Translations under genes and position numbers: made by a program
From: an uncultured bacterium
GTDB lineage: Bacteria > Chloroflexota > UBA5177 > JANWHV01
DNA: 64,000 nt
Direction: 5' to 3'
Assembly: GCA_963827235.1 (NCBI GenBank)
Contig: CAWHAE010000018.1
Location: forward strand, 416,001 to 480,000
Shown: positions 7,104 through 17,660 of the stretch, piece by piece
Position numbering within the stretch: position 1 is the first letter of the stretch
How the letters are laid out: each line of letters starts with the position of its first letter
The notes under the pieces: generated by a model
Databases searched by the model: none
Told to the model about the DNA's origin: nothing
Seen by the model: the letters and a program-made list of their open reading frames with translations, nothing else

Positions 7104-9626
7104 TCAGCGCTTGAGCACCACGATCGTGGTGCTTGCATTGCCTGTCACGAAGTCCTTGCCGTCGCGAGGCGTGAACGTCACGCGTAGCGTGTGCGTGCCC
7201 ACCGCCAGCTTTGTGCCGAACGACGGGCTGTACCGGTACGTTCCGGCCAGCGCGAAGCCCTGGAAGGTGGCCCTGGCGTTCAGCTGGCCGCTGCCGAGAG
7301 CAGTACCCGACGTGATCACGATCTTCTTGGCCCAGGCGATGGCCGGCTTGGCTTTGGCGATGCTGAACGTTACCGGCGCCACGGACACCGCAGCGTAGTT
7401 CTTCGTGCCGGGCTGCATCGCGGACACGCTACAGCTACCAGCTCCCGTGAGCGAGATCACGTTGCCGCCGCTGCCACCCACGCGGCACGCACCCCGCACG
7501 GCGTACTTCGTGGTCGTGCGAGCCGTGTTCCCGCTCACGGCCACTTTGAAGGACGCGTCGCCGTAGGTGTGATTGGGGATACGAGCCAGCACCACGCGCG
7601 GTATCGCCTGCAGGACGGTGATCGTCGTGGAAGCCGCCGCCTGCTCCCAGTCATTGCCGTTAGCCGGCACGAACGTCGCGCGCAGGACCTGGTTCTTGCC
7701 CACCTGCAGCATGTTGCCAGCCGCCGGCGAGTAGTGGAAAGAGCCAGCAACCGGCGACCGGGCGTCGAGCTGTGAGGAGCCCAGCCGCGTGCCGTAGCGA
7801 ATGTTCGCCGGCTTGGCCCACGTCACTGTTGGTAGGCCGCGGTCGATAGTGAACGTCTCCGACACGGGCTCGGCGGCGGCGTACGAAGCGTTGCCGGCCT
7901 GATAGGCGCGCACCGTGCAGCTGCCGGCGCCGGTCAAGCTGATCGTGCTGCCGTTGGCACCGGTCGCGGTGCAGTTGCCGGAAGTCTGGAAGGTCACTGG
8001 GTTGCCCGAGCTGCCGCCCATCGCGGTGGCCGTAAAGGGAGCGTCGCCATAACGATGGTTGGCAATGGGCGCCAGCTGAATGATCTGCTGCACGAGCGGA
8101 ACCGGCGTCGAGGTGGGCACGATCGTCATGGTCGACGTGGCAGACGGTGTGACGGTGCTGGTGGCCGTCGTGACCGCCGTCGCCGTGGCCGTGTCGGTCA
8201 CCGTCGGCGTGGGCGCGGCAGGCAGGGGCGCGGTGAGCACCCACTTGAAGTACGGATAGCTCTGGCCGTCGTCGATGTTCCAGGTTGAGGTCAGGTCCCA
8301 GCCCGCAGCCGTGTAGGTGCTCTTGGCAATCATGTCGCTCGTGCGGTCGCCCACGCCGATAGTGCCATAGGCACAGCCGCAAGCGGTGAAATCGAAGAAG
8401 CTGGGGACCGTGTTGTCCACGGAGCTGTTGACCTTGCGGCCGATCAACCCGCCGATGTAATCGGACGTGTCGCTGCCCGTCACGGCGCCGGCGCTGTACG
8501 TCTCGCTGATCGTGCCTATGGTGGTGCCGAGGTTGTCTTCTCTGCCCACCAGTCCGCCGATGCTGGAGTGCGTGCCCCCGGTTACCGATCCCACGTGGTA
8601 CGACCTGCTGATCGGTGCTCCGGAATAACCGACCAGCCCGCCGGCGCTCGCCGAATCCACCGGATAGCTGATCGTACCCGTGCTGTAGGACTGGCTGATC
8701 GCCGTCTCGCTCGTGCCTATGAGGCCGCCGAGCGTGCCGCCGCTGGCCTGGCCGGTCACCGATCCCGTGTTGTAGGAGCGAGTCAGCGCGCTGGGGGAAT
8801 GACTCGAGCCCAACAGCCCGCCGGCAGCGCTGCCGGAGGCTACCACAGGCCCGCTGTTGTAGCTCTGGTCCACGGATCCGCTCACGAGAATCCCCACGAG
8901 GCCGCCGACGTAAGAGCTCGCGGCAGTTCCCGTGACGGGGCCGGTGTTGTAGGACTGCGCGATCGTTCCACTCTGGCTGGCGCCGGCAAGACCGCCGACC
9001 CTAGCCGCCGTACCGATGATAGCGGCAGTGTTATGGGATCCCGTTATGGAGCCGGAGTTCGTGCCGATCAAGCCTCCCAGGTTGGAGCCGCTCGAGGCGC
9101 TCACGGTCCCCGCGACGTCGACCCCGCTCACCGATCCCTTGCTCATGCCCGCCAATCCGCCAACGGTCATGTTCGATCCGCCGGCAACGGAAATGCCGGT
9201 GAGGTGGAGGTTTTCCACCGTGGCCGTCGTGTCGAGAGCACCAAACAGCCCGATCGGGTTGGAGGTGGACTGCGCGATCGAGAGATTGGCGATCGTATGG
9301 CCCTGCCCGTCGAACGTGCCGGTGAACGGCGTCGAGGCCGTCTGCCCGATCGGCGCGAAGGGCGTGCCGAGCGCCGCCAGGTCGATGTCGTTCTGCAGAC
9401 AGTAGTAGCCCGCGAGCGCCGCAGTGCTCAGTCCTATTGACTGGAGCTGCAGTGCCGTGCTGATCTGCGTGCAGACCACCGCCTGTCGCTGGCGCGCCAC
9501 GCTTCCGTGGGCAGCCGGCGCCGGCGCCAGCACGCCCACCGCTATCGCACACGCCGCGCCGGCGCGGATAAGCCTTCGGGTGCCACGCGTTGTCCGCGGC
9601 AGATACGGATCAGTTCGGCCGCCCAT
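7104..9626 (-). CDS. Secreted surface protein with GLUG repeats, a Thr-rich linker and C-terminal Ig/MBG-like repeats
   Basis: Signal peptide; FTGTFDGQGHTIANL; many VGGLVG and SYNTGPVTG repeats; PTPTVT linker; duplicated NH(R/T)YGDA.F and W...I..GT.LGS.QL.A units. Confidence 0.85.
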   Translation of the reverse strand: MGGRTDPYLPRTTRGTRRLIRAGAACAIAVGVLAPAPAAHGSVARQRQAVVCTQISTALQLQSIGLSTAALAGYYCLQNDIDLAALGTPFAPIGQTASTPFTGTFDGQGHTIANLSIAQSTSNPIGLFGALDTTATVENLHLTGISVAGGSNMTVGGLAGMSKGSVSGVDVAGTVSASSGSNLGGLIGTNSGSITGSHNTAAIIGTAARVGGLAGASQSGTIAQSYNTGPVTGTAASSYVGGLVGILVSGSVDQSYNSGPVVASGSAAGGLLGSSHSPSALTRSYNTGSVTGQASGGTLGGLIGTSETAISQSYSTGTISYPVDSASAGGLVGYSGAPISRSYHVGSVTGGTHSSIGGLVGREDNLGTTIGTISETYSAGAVTGSDTSDYIGGLIGRKVNSSVDNTVPSFFDFTACGCAYGTIGVGDRTSDMIAKSTYTAAGWDLTSTWNIDDGQSYPYFKWVLTAPLPAAPTPTVTDTATATAVTTATSTVTPSATSTMTIVPTSTPVPLVQQIIQLAPIANHRYGDAPFTATAMGGSSGNPVTFQTSGNCTATGANGSTISLTGAGSCTVRAYQAGNASYAAAEPVSETFTIDRGLPTVTWAKPANIRYGTRLGSSQLDARSPVAGSFHYSPAAGNMLQVGKNQVLRATFVPANGNDWEQAAASTTITVLQAIPRVVLARIPNHTYGDASFKVAVSGNTARTTTKYAVRGACRVGGSGGNVISLTGAGSCSVSAMQPGTKNYAAVSVAPVTFSIAKAKPAIAWAKKIVITSGTALGSGQLNARATFQGFALAGTYRYSPSFGTKLAVGTHTLRVTFTPRDGKDFVTGNASTTIVVLKR

Positions 9627-9690
9627 ATACCCCCCAGTCCCTACGCAGTTGACCGCTCCGGTCCGGCCCTTGCCGGACGAAACGGGCCGA

Positions 9691-10818
9691 TCAATACCCC
9701 TTCTTGATCGTCAGCGACGCGCTGTACATCCGTTGCAGAATCGGTGCTTCTGCCTTGGCTGAGATGAAGTGCGGTTGGGCCCAATCCTCGATCAGCACCG
9801 GACGGTAGCGGACCGAAACCAGCTTCGTGCCATAAAACGTGTACGTCCCCACCACACCCTGCTGCGTGTCCGCGCGCCCGAGGCTGAGCTGGTCGAAGAC
9901 GAAGTTCCCGGACGCATACGAGATGTACTTGCCTTTGTAAATCTCCACTCCCTGCACGACATGCGGATGGTTGCCCACGATCAGATCGGCCCCGGCGTCC
10001 ACGGCAAGGTGGGCGAGCATGCGCGGATCCTGGTCCGCCACGCCCGGCGCTACCTGGGGCAGAGGCGTGTATTCCAAGCCCCAGTGCATGGAGACGATCA
10101 CCACGCTTGCCCTTTTGCGGGCGCCCTTGATCTCCCGCACCATCTCCTTCGTGTCGACCTGAGCCTCTACGGCGTTGAATCCCAGAAAGGCAAATACCAC
10201 GCCCTTGACCTGCTTGTACACCGTGTGACCATAGCCGTCCCAGGCGATGCCGTTCGCCGTCAGCAGCTTCTCCGTGTCATGTATACCGTCTTCCCCGTAG
10301 TTGCCGATGTGGTTATTTGCCAGGTTGGCGACGTCGACACCGGCCAGCTTGAGCCCCTCAACTGCTCGCTGGTCTCCGCAGAACGTCATTCCCGTCTCGG
10401 TCGGCTGACAGCCCGGGATCAGCGGGGACTCCAGATTTATCAGCGTCAGGTCCGCCGCACGCGTGTACTTGTACGTCCTGAGGAACGGGTAGGTGAAGTC
10501 GTTCCGCTGGGTCATCACGTAGTTCACCATGCGTGCCGGGATGATGTCGCCGGTAGTCCTTATCGTGATCAGCTTGCGCGTATCCAGGCCGGCCAGCGAC
10601 GGCGCGCGTGCCGCGAACACGCCGGACAGAGTGACCACCGGCAACTTCACGGGGTGAGACGTGCCGGCGCGCTTGCGGGCCGGCACCGGGGTCGCGACCG
10701 GCTTGGCGGTCGTTGAGATGCGCTCGCCAAACAACCCGATCACGCCGCGTGGAGCATCGGTAGCCCGGGGCTGAATGAGCAGCAGCAACAGTGCAAAGAT
10801 GATGGCGAGCCGACGCAA
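9691..10818 (-). CDS. CapA/PGA_cap family metallophosphoesterase, secreted or anchored
   Basis: GDI, NLESP, NLANNH, HWGLEY, GNHPHV, SGNFVFDQ; N-terminal hydrophobic helix. Confidence 0.92.
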   Translation of the reverse strand: MRRLAIIFALLLLLIQPRATDAPRGVIGLFGERISTTAKPVATPVPARKRAGTSHPVKLPVVTLSGVFAARAPSLAGLDTRKLITIRTTGDIIPARMVNYVMTQRNDFTYPFLRTYKYTRAADLTLINLESPLIPGCQPTETGMTFCGDQRAVEGLKLAGVDVANLANNHIGNYGEDGIHDTEKLLTANGIAWDGYGHTVYKQVKGVVFAFLGFNAVEAQVDTKEMVREIKGARKRASVVIVSMHWGLEYTPLPQVAPGVADQDPRMLAHLAVDAGADLIVGNHPHVVQGVEIYKGKYISYASGNFVFDQLSLGRADTQQGVVGTYTFYGTKLVSVRYRPVLIEDWAQPHFISAKAEAPILQRMYSASLTIKKGY

Positions 10819-10857
10819 CCGTTCCCCCTCCTTGAACGGCGCCTCCAGGCGCTCCTC

Positions 10858-12318
10858 TCAGTACACGAGCACGGTCGTACCCACGGGCGCCCAGTTCCAC
10901 AGCCATACCATGTCGGACAGCGGGATGTTGACGCAGCCGTGGCTGCCGACCGGCTCGCCCGGATCCGTCGAGTAGTGCGGAAGGTTCGTGCCAGGGCCGT
11001 AGACGCTGCGCCACGGCGAGTCGTGCAGGCCGTAACCCTGGAAGAACGGCATCCAGTAGCGAACCGGACTCGGTGGGTAATAGAACGGAGACCCCGCCGG
11101 CCAGGGGGAGATGAAGGTGAACGGAGTCTGCTTGAGATAGACATGAAAAACGCCGTGCACGGTCGGCAGCTCAGGCCGGCCGGTCGTGACGTAGTTTTCG
11201 TGCACGAGCACGCCGTGATCGAACTCGCGAAGCACCTGGCCCTCGGTAGAGACGACGATCACCTTGTCGGGGACGCTGCTGAAATACTTGCTCAGGTCCA
11301 CGGGCGGATCGATGGGCGTGGCCAGCCGATCGAACCCGCCGGCCGTAAGACCAAGCGGTCCGGGGCGAAGCACGAAGGTGGTGCGCGCCGTACGCTCGTC
11401 CAACCCGCTCGCCACCTGCACGGTGACCTTCGTGACGCCTTGGTGCTTGATCACGAGGAGCAACGGCGTCGAGTAGACCCAGCGCCCGTACTTGTCCGCC
11501 ACGCCCGTGCCGGACAGCACGACTGTGCTGGTGACAGCCATCGTCAGCTTGATCGCGGCGCCGGGCTTGGTAGAGACGAATACGCGAATACCGTCCCCCG
11601 CCCGCACGGAGCGAGTAGTCGTGGACACGAAGAGGACCAGCGGCGGCCGAGGAGTGAGGTCAAAGCGCGCCGTGCGCATGCGCGACCCGTTCACTGTCGT
11701 GACGGTCACCGCGGCGGTCGCCTCGATCGTGGTTTTCGGCAGTACCGTATCAAGCATGTCGATCACGGACCGCCCCTGGGAGTCCGCGGTGCCGGAGCCG
11801 GTGCCGACGATACTACCCGCGCTCGTTCTGACCGAGTAGGTGAAGCCTGCATTCGGCGCCGTGCTGACGAACAGCCCAACTGGCGTGCCGGCCTCGAAAC
11901 GCGCGTGAACGGCCTGCACGAAGAGCGGAGGCAGCCGAGGGGCGGATATCGTGAGAGTGCCCTGCCACTGTGCGGAGCGCGATCCCCGCGCGGCGGCGAC
12001 ACGCATACCGGCCACGCCGGTGAGCGCCGTGCCGCTGGGCACGACCCAGGAGAACACGTAGCGGCCCAGCGTGTCCGTCGAACCCTTGAAGACACTGGTG
12101 AGATTGTCCGCGTAGGCCACGGTCAGCGTCACCGAGGCGAAAGCGCCCGAATGCACGAATACGCTCGCACGGCTGCCCTGCACGACGGCCCGCTGCAGCG
12201 GCGAGACCTGCAGCGTCAGCACTGCACCGGCTGGACCGCCGGTGGCTCCGGCCTGAACGGACGGTAGCGCCCAGAACACCACGACAAACCCCAGCACCCA
12301 ACGCAACGCACGCGACAT
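10858..12318 (-). CDS. L,D-transpeptidase (YkuD family) with three N-terminal Ig-like repeats
   Basis: VTTGRPELPT, YGLHD, GSHGCVN catalytic motif, PVGTTVLV; signal peptide from ATG 12318. Confidence 0.92.
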   Translation of the reverse strand: MSRALRWVLGFVVVFWALPSVQAGATGGPAGAVLTLQVSPLQRAVVQGSRASVFVHSGAFASVTLTVAYADNLTSVFKGSTDTLGRYVFSWVVPSGTALTGVAGMRVAAARGSRSAQWQGTLTISAPRLPPLFVQAVHARFEAGTPVGLFVSTAPNAGFTYSVRTSAGSIVGTGSGTADSQGRSVIDMLDTVLPKTTIEATAAVTVTTVNGSRMRTARFDLTPRPPLVLFVSTTTRSVRAGDGIRVFVSTKPGAAIKLTMAVTSTVVLSGTGVADKYGRWVYSTPLLLVIKHQGVTKVTVQVASGLDERTARTTFVLRPGPLGLTAGGFDRLATPIDPPVDLSKYFSSVPDKVIVVSTEGQVLREFDHGVLVHENYVTTGRPELPTVHGVFHVYLKQTPFTFISPWPAGSPFYYPPSPVRYWMPFFQGYGLHDSPWRSVYGPGTNLPHYSTDPGEPVGSHGCVNIPLSDMVWLWNWAPVGTTVLVY

Positions 12319-12571
12319 TCTGAACAATCCCTCTATCGTTGTCCGCGAGGCATCGAAAGTCGGCCGCCGGAGCACGCCGTGCTGCAGCCCTCAGCCATTC
12401 GCATTGTACCATTCGCCCTGGAAGCGCCGCGCGACGCCCGCGAGGCAGGTGTCCCCCGGCTGCGGGCGACCCATGGCCCGTCGTCGGCGGCGCGCAACGC
12501 CAAGTATGCTATTTCGATTCCGGCCGGAGTGCTCGCCGCGGCGGGCCACGGAGGGAAGCGACGATGTCCGC

Positions 12572-13070
12572 CTACGCGGTGGGTCGCCTCACCATGGTGT
12601 ACAGTTCCAGCACCAGCACCAGCGCCACTGCTGCCAGCGCCGCGCTGACCGCCATGAACGCCGAGAACCAGAATGGTGCCGGAAATGCGTGCTGCAGGAA
12701 GGCGAGAAGCATGGAGAAGCTGAACCACACCTGACCGGCAACCAGCAAGGCTGCCCCATAAGCTCCGCAAACCGCCATCCAGCGGCGTTGGGCGTCCAGC
12801 GCGGTGGCACAGGTGGCCAGGGGCGAGAGCATGAATGCCGTGCCGCCCATGCCCATGGCGAGCCCTTCCAGCCAGCCGATCGGCCCGAGCGACCCCATGC
12901 GGATTACGACCACGAAGTACAACACGAAGCTCGAGGGCAAGCAGAATGGAGGTCACCCGGATCGCCGAGTACGCGCGGGCCAATCCCTGGTGCTCGGGGG
13001 CGACCTTCCGAGGCCACCAGATATCCAGGGGCACGCCAATAATCCAGCCGATCAACACGGGGATCATCAT
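12572..13070 (-). pseudogene. Small membrane protein with a +1 frameshift near 12932-12945 (possibly a sequencing error)
   Basis: AGGAG RBS and ATGA overlap with the upstream gene. MMIPVLIGWIIGVPLDIWW...ILLAL continues as SFVLYFVVVIRMG in another frame; span is 3n+1. Confidence 0.6.
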
Positions 13071-14456
13071 GGTATTTCTCCTATGAGGTCGTCGACGAAC
13101 TGTCGGGCGGATCTGCAGGATCGCCCGCTGTGCCACAGGGCCCACTGGATGGCTCTGCGCCGGATCTCATCGCCCGGCAACGCGACGCCATGCGACAACG
13201 CCAGGGAGGTCGCGATCGTCACGTAGCGCTCCTGATCGGGCGACGGGAAGGCAACCTGAAGGCCGAAGCGGTCGGCCAGGGACAGCTTCTCTTCCATGGT
13301 GTCGCGCGGACGTAGCTCGCCGGCGCTCGCCGCCTCGCGATCGGAGAACCGCTCGTTCACCAGGTGGCGGCGATTCGTAGTCACGTAGAGCACGACATTC
13401 TGCGGCCACGCCTCGATCCGGCCTTCGAGCGCGGACTTTAGCGACTTGTATTCGGTCTCCTGCTCCTCGAAGGACAGGTCGTCCACAAAGAGGATGAATC
13501 GCTGCGGATGGTCCCGCAGCAGGCCCAGGACCCTGCGAAGGTCGTTCAGGTCGATCTTTGCTCAGCTCGACCAGCCGCAAGCCCCGCGCGGCGTACGCAT
13601 GCAGCAGCGCCTTGACCGTGGACGATTTGCCCGTGCCCCGCTCGCCATAGATCAGACAGTGCTGCGCGGGCAGGCCGGCAACGAAGCGCTCCGTGTTGCG
13701 AAGGAGCGGCGCCCGCTCGGCGTCGTAGGCAACCAGGTCGTCCAAGCGGACCGGATCCGGATGGAGCTGCGCCTCCAGGCTGCCGCCACCGGCAGCGATC
13801 CAGCGCGCGGCACGATGGCGAGAGAAGAGCCCGAGCCCGTGCCTGTGCCAGTGGCCGCCCAGGTCCTCCGCGAGGGCGCCCCAGTCGAGCGCCGTGCTGA
13901 GCCGCGTTGCCATGGCGAGTCGCGGCTCGTCGCCGGACGCAGGCTCGGCTAGCTCGCGCCAGGGCGCCAGCGCCTCGGCCAGGTCGACGCCTGCAAGCTG
14001 GACCACGGCGTCGCGAAGCGCCTCCGCGCCGAGCGAGTAGAGCCACTGCAGACCACGCAGATCGCGTCGTGCCTGATCCAGCAGCGACGACGGAGCGGCC
14101 TCGAACCCGGCTCGCTCGACCAGCTCGCTGAACGGATTCCGGCAATCGATCACGCGCCAGAGAAGCTGCGATTGCCAGGCATCGGCACCCGGTACCGCCG
14201 GCGCAGCGGCTTCGGCGAGCAGTGCAAACACCCGAGCGTACGCCGCCGCGATGACGCTGCCCCGGACCGGCGTCTCCGCCAATCCACCTTCGGCCACCGG
14301 CCGGGCGTCGAGGTACTCCAGCAGGCGCAGGAACGCCTGGCTCACCTCGTCGTCCAGCACCTGGCGAAACACCGTGACCGCCGACGCCCGGCGTCTGGCC
14401 GATCGGATCTGCTTGCCCAGCAGGGCCTGCAGAGATAGCTCTTTCGATCCGATCAT
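13067..14456 (-). pseudogene. DUF815 family AAA+ ATPase with a +1 frameshift near 13553-13559 (possibly a sequencing error)
   Basis: Walker A GERGTGKSS in one frame; FVDDLSFEE, YKSLKSALEG, TTNRRHLV and EEKLSLADRFG in the next frame. Confidence 0.88.
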
Positions 14457-14560
14457 CGGTCCACGATCCCCGCTGGGAACCCCATGTCGCTACGATGCAC
14501 GAACCCACTTCCTCCTGAGCGCCTCGGCCCGACGCCGTGTGCCGGTGCCGCACTCGTCAT

Positions 14561-16081
14561 CTACGCCAGCCCATAGATTGTGCCGAATTTCTCACGCAAA
14601 TAGCGAATGTACGGCTCGGTCGACAGCGGCACGCCCGTCGCTCGCAGCACGAGATCGGCCGCATCGTACTTCCGGCCGTGCCGGTGGATATTGGCGCGCA
14701 GCCAGTCAAGAAGCGGCGTAAACTGCCCGCTCCGGATCAGCCCAGGAAGGTCCGGAAGAACGCGGTTGACGGTCTCCCAGATCTGCGCCGCCACGATATT
14801 GCCCAGGGCGTAGCCCTGGAAATGGCCGAAACCGGTCGTCCAGTGGACGTCCTGCAGAATACCAAGGCCGTGATTGGGCGGCGTGATGCCGAGATAGTCG
14901 CGCATGGCGGCATTCCAGGCTTCCGGCGCCTCGGACACACCGACACTCCCGTCGAAGAGAGCCAGCTCGAGGTCGAAGCGCAGCATGATGTGCAGGCAGT
15001 AGGTCACCTCGTCGGCCTCTATGCGAATGTACGACGGCTGCACGCGGTTAATCGCGCGGTAGAAAGCCGCTACGTCGACATCGGCCAGCACGTCCGGATA
15101 GGCGGCCTGAACGGTTGGGTAGTAGTGCTGCCAAAACGGGAGCCCACGGCCGACGAAGTTTTCCCACAGGCGTGACTGGCTCTCGTGCACACCCGAGGAG
15201 AGATCGGTATCCAGCAGCGTGCGGTCGATGGACGGATCCAACCCCTGCTCGTACAGGGCATGCCCGGTCTCGTGGATGGTGCCCATGAGGGACACCGTGA
15301 GATCGCGCTCGTCGTATCGCGTGGTGATGCGGACGTCGTCTCGCCCCATGCCGGTCATGAAAGGATGCACGGTGCGGTCCAGGGCACCTCTGCCGAAATC
15401 GTAGCCGATTCTCGCCGCCACGTCGCGGCACAAGCTCTCCTGCACGCTCTCCTCGAACCGCCGGTGCAGTGGCGAGTCGTCGACGCCGTCCGCGCTCCCC
15501 GCAATCCGTCGCACGAGGTCGACGAGCGGCGGCCGCAGGTCGGCGAAAATCGCCTTCATGCCGGCTGCCGTCACACCCGGATCGTCCTCCTCGAGCAGGG
15601 CGTCGAACGGCTGCCGCTCGTAGCCGAGCGACTCGGCGAGACGGCGGTCCAGGTCGATGTTCTTCTGCAGCCAGGGCGCGAAAAGCTCGAAGCGGTTCTC
15701 GCGCTTCGCCGTTTCCCAGGCAGCGTTGGCAAGCGTGTGCACCCTGGCTCGTTCGGCGACGAGCTCGCGAGGCACCCGCGTGGCGCGGCGATAGTCCCGC
15801 AGTGTGACGCGTACCATGTTGAAGTCGACGGAATCGGGGCCCAGGCCCGCAACCTCCTCCTCCGCCGCGGAAAGCAGCTCGCCCATGCGGGACGACGTGA
15901 GGCGCGCGTGGGCGATGCTCCCGAGCACCGCCATGGACTCAGCCCGAGCGGGCGCCCCACCTGCGGGCATGTGGGTCAGCTCGTCCCAGCCGAGGACGCC
16001 AAGTGCTCGCCGGATGTCGGCCAGCTCCCGCAGCTCCGCCTTGAGCTGATTGAGCACACTCATTGAGAGTGGATCAGCCAT
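14561..16081 (-). CDS. Carboxypeptidase M32 (Taq-like)
   Basis: HPF, DVRITTRY, HETGHALYEQ, HESQSRLWEN, IRIEADE, QDVHW. Confidence 0.96.
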   Translation of the reverse strand: MADPLSMSVLNQLKAELRELADIRRALGVLGWDELTHMPAGGAPARAESMAVLGSIAHARLTSSRMGELLSAAEEEVAGLGPDSVDFNMVRVTLRDYRRATRVPRELVAERARVHTLANAAWETAKRENRFELFAPWLQKNIDLDRRLAESLGYERQPFDALLEEDDPGVTAAGMKAIFADLRPPLVDLVRRIAGSADGVDDSPLHRRFEESVQESLCRDVAARIGYDFGRGALDRTVHPFMTGMGRDDVRITTRYDERDLTVSLMGTIHETGHALYEQGLDPSIDRTLLDTDLSSGVHESQSRLWENFVGRGLPFWQHYYPTVQAAYPDVLADVDVAAFYRAINRVQPSYIRIEADEVTYCLHIMLRFDLELALFDGSVGVSEAPEAWNAAMRDYLGITPPNHGLGILQDVHWTTGFGHFQGYALGNIVAAQIWETVNRVLPDLPGLIRSGQFTPLLDWLRANIHRHGRKYDAADLVLRATGVPLSTEPYIRYLREKFGTIYGLA

Positions 16082-16114
16082 ACTGGTCTCCTTGGATTCA
16101 AGAGTTCGTATCGT

Positions 16115-17488
16115 TCAGGACCTCAGTCTTGGCGCCGCGCTGGTCGACACGCGGTTCAAATTGAGGATCTCTTGCTGGACCGTTCGATCGGCCGTCTTCC
16201 AGCCTATCAGGAGCAGCGTGATCGTGAGCAGTCCAACCAGAAGAGCGAGATACTGGCTGCCGGGGATGAACCCAAACGCGAACAGGAACGCGAAGGTGGC
16301 AGGCAGCAGCATCCACTCTACTCGCTGTACGTGCATCTGGATGACCGCGTTCTCGACCTTCGTCACTTCTACTTCGCGCCTGCGCTCGGGACGGCGCGCG
16401 AACGCGGTGGCAGCGAAGGTTATCCAGGGCAGCAGGGCCCACACCGTGGACATGCCGGCGAACGATGGCAAGGCGACAAAGCCGAGAAATGCGGCCAGGC
16501 AGGCACCCGCGATCAGATAGCTTCTCAGAGCGCGTCGATACAATCCGCTTGCCACGCCCAGGGCGACGAGGTCGACGAGTGCGAACTGCTTGCTCACCGC
16601 GGCAGCGTCCTGCGGCCGTTGCTCGGGCACGACCTGCACGAGGGCGCCGACCAGCTGCTCCAGCTCCGGACTCACGTCGGGCTCCAGCTCGCGGACGAAC
16701 GGATGGCGAAACGGCGGCTCGTGCTCCGCATCGTATCCGGTCAACATATAGTGCACGGTGGCGCCCAGCGCGTAGAGATCGCTGCGCTCGTCGGCGAGCC
16801 CGTGATATTGTTCGGGCGGAGCGTAGCCCGGCGTGCCGATGGCCGTTCCGGGCAAGCCCCGCTGCAGAGGACGCGCCACGCCCAGGTCGAGCAGCATCAG
16901 CTTCATGTCCGGCAGTATGAGGATGTTGTCCGGCTTGAGGTCGCGATGGATGATCGGCGGATCCTGGCTGTGCAGATAGGCCAGCACGTCGGCCAACACG
17001 CAGGCCCAGCGCACCACGTAGTCCTCGCGCAGAGGCCCCTCGGAGATCACCAGCTCCTTGACCGTCCGCCCTTCCAGGAACGGCATCACCACGAAATGCT
17101 CGTCACCCTCGCTGAAGGCGGCAAGCAGCTCAGGGAGGTGAGGGTTCTTCAGAGACGACAGCAGCCCGGCCTCTCTGGCCAGCCAACTACGGGACTCTTG
17201 CTGCTCCTCGGCCGAGAGGCCGGCCACTGATACCTGCTTCACGGCAACCGTGCCGAGCTGCTCGCGAAGGTCCGTGGCTCGGTAGAGCGTGCTCATGCCC
17301 GAGCGATGAGTGACCATGTCGATGCGGAAGCGGCCGCCCAGAATGGTGCCCTGCGGCAGCACGCGCCCCTCGGCCCGCATGGTCAGAGGCGCTGCCACCG
17401 GACAGGCCATGCCCGGCGCGTGATACAGTCCGCAGTTGGGGCACGGGGCGACAACGTACCCCGGCTGCTGCATCGCGATGCTCGTCAT
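16115..17488 (-). CDS. Hanks-type Ser/Thr protein kinase with an N-terminal Cys/His knuckle and C-terminal TM helices
   Basis: VAVKQ, HRDLKPDN, DLG, GTPGYAPPEQ, SDLYALG. Start is uncertain (17488 or 17551). Confidence 0.9.
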   Translation of the reverse strand: MTSIAMQQPGYVVAPCPNCGLYHAPGMACPVAAPLTMRAEGRVLPQGTILGGRFRIDMVTHRSGMSTLYRATDLREQLGTVAVKQVSVAGLSAEEQQESRSWLAREAGLLSSLKNPHLPELLAAFSEGDEHFVVMPFLEGRTVKELVISEGPLREDYVVRWACVLADVLAYLHSQDPPIIHRDLKPDNILILPDMKLMLLDLGVARPLQRGLPGTAIGTPGYAPPEQYHGLADERSDLYALGATVHYMLTGYDAEHEPPFRHPFVRELEPDVSPELEQLVGALVQVVPEQRPQDAAAVSKQFALVDLVALGVASGLYRRALRSYLIAGACLAAFLGFVALPSFAGMSTVWALLPWITFAATAFARRPERRREVEVTKVENAVIQMHVQRVEWMLLPATFAFLFAFGFIPGSQYLALLVGLLTITLLLIGWKTADRTVQQEILNLNRVSTSAAPRLRS

Positions 17489-17660
17489 GGCTTCACGCTC
17501 AACATATGGGGAGCGTAGCAGATCTACACTGCGAAGGGCGTCCAAGACCATGCATGTGCTACCATACCATCATGCTGAACAGACATTATTCTGCGAGCGC
17601 CGTCGGGTGTCCCGGGCCGGCCTCGTGCCGGTAGCCGGCGAGGACCAGGCGGCAGCGATC

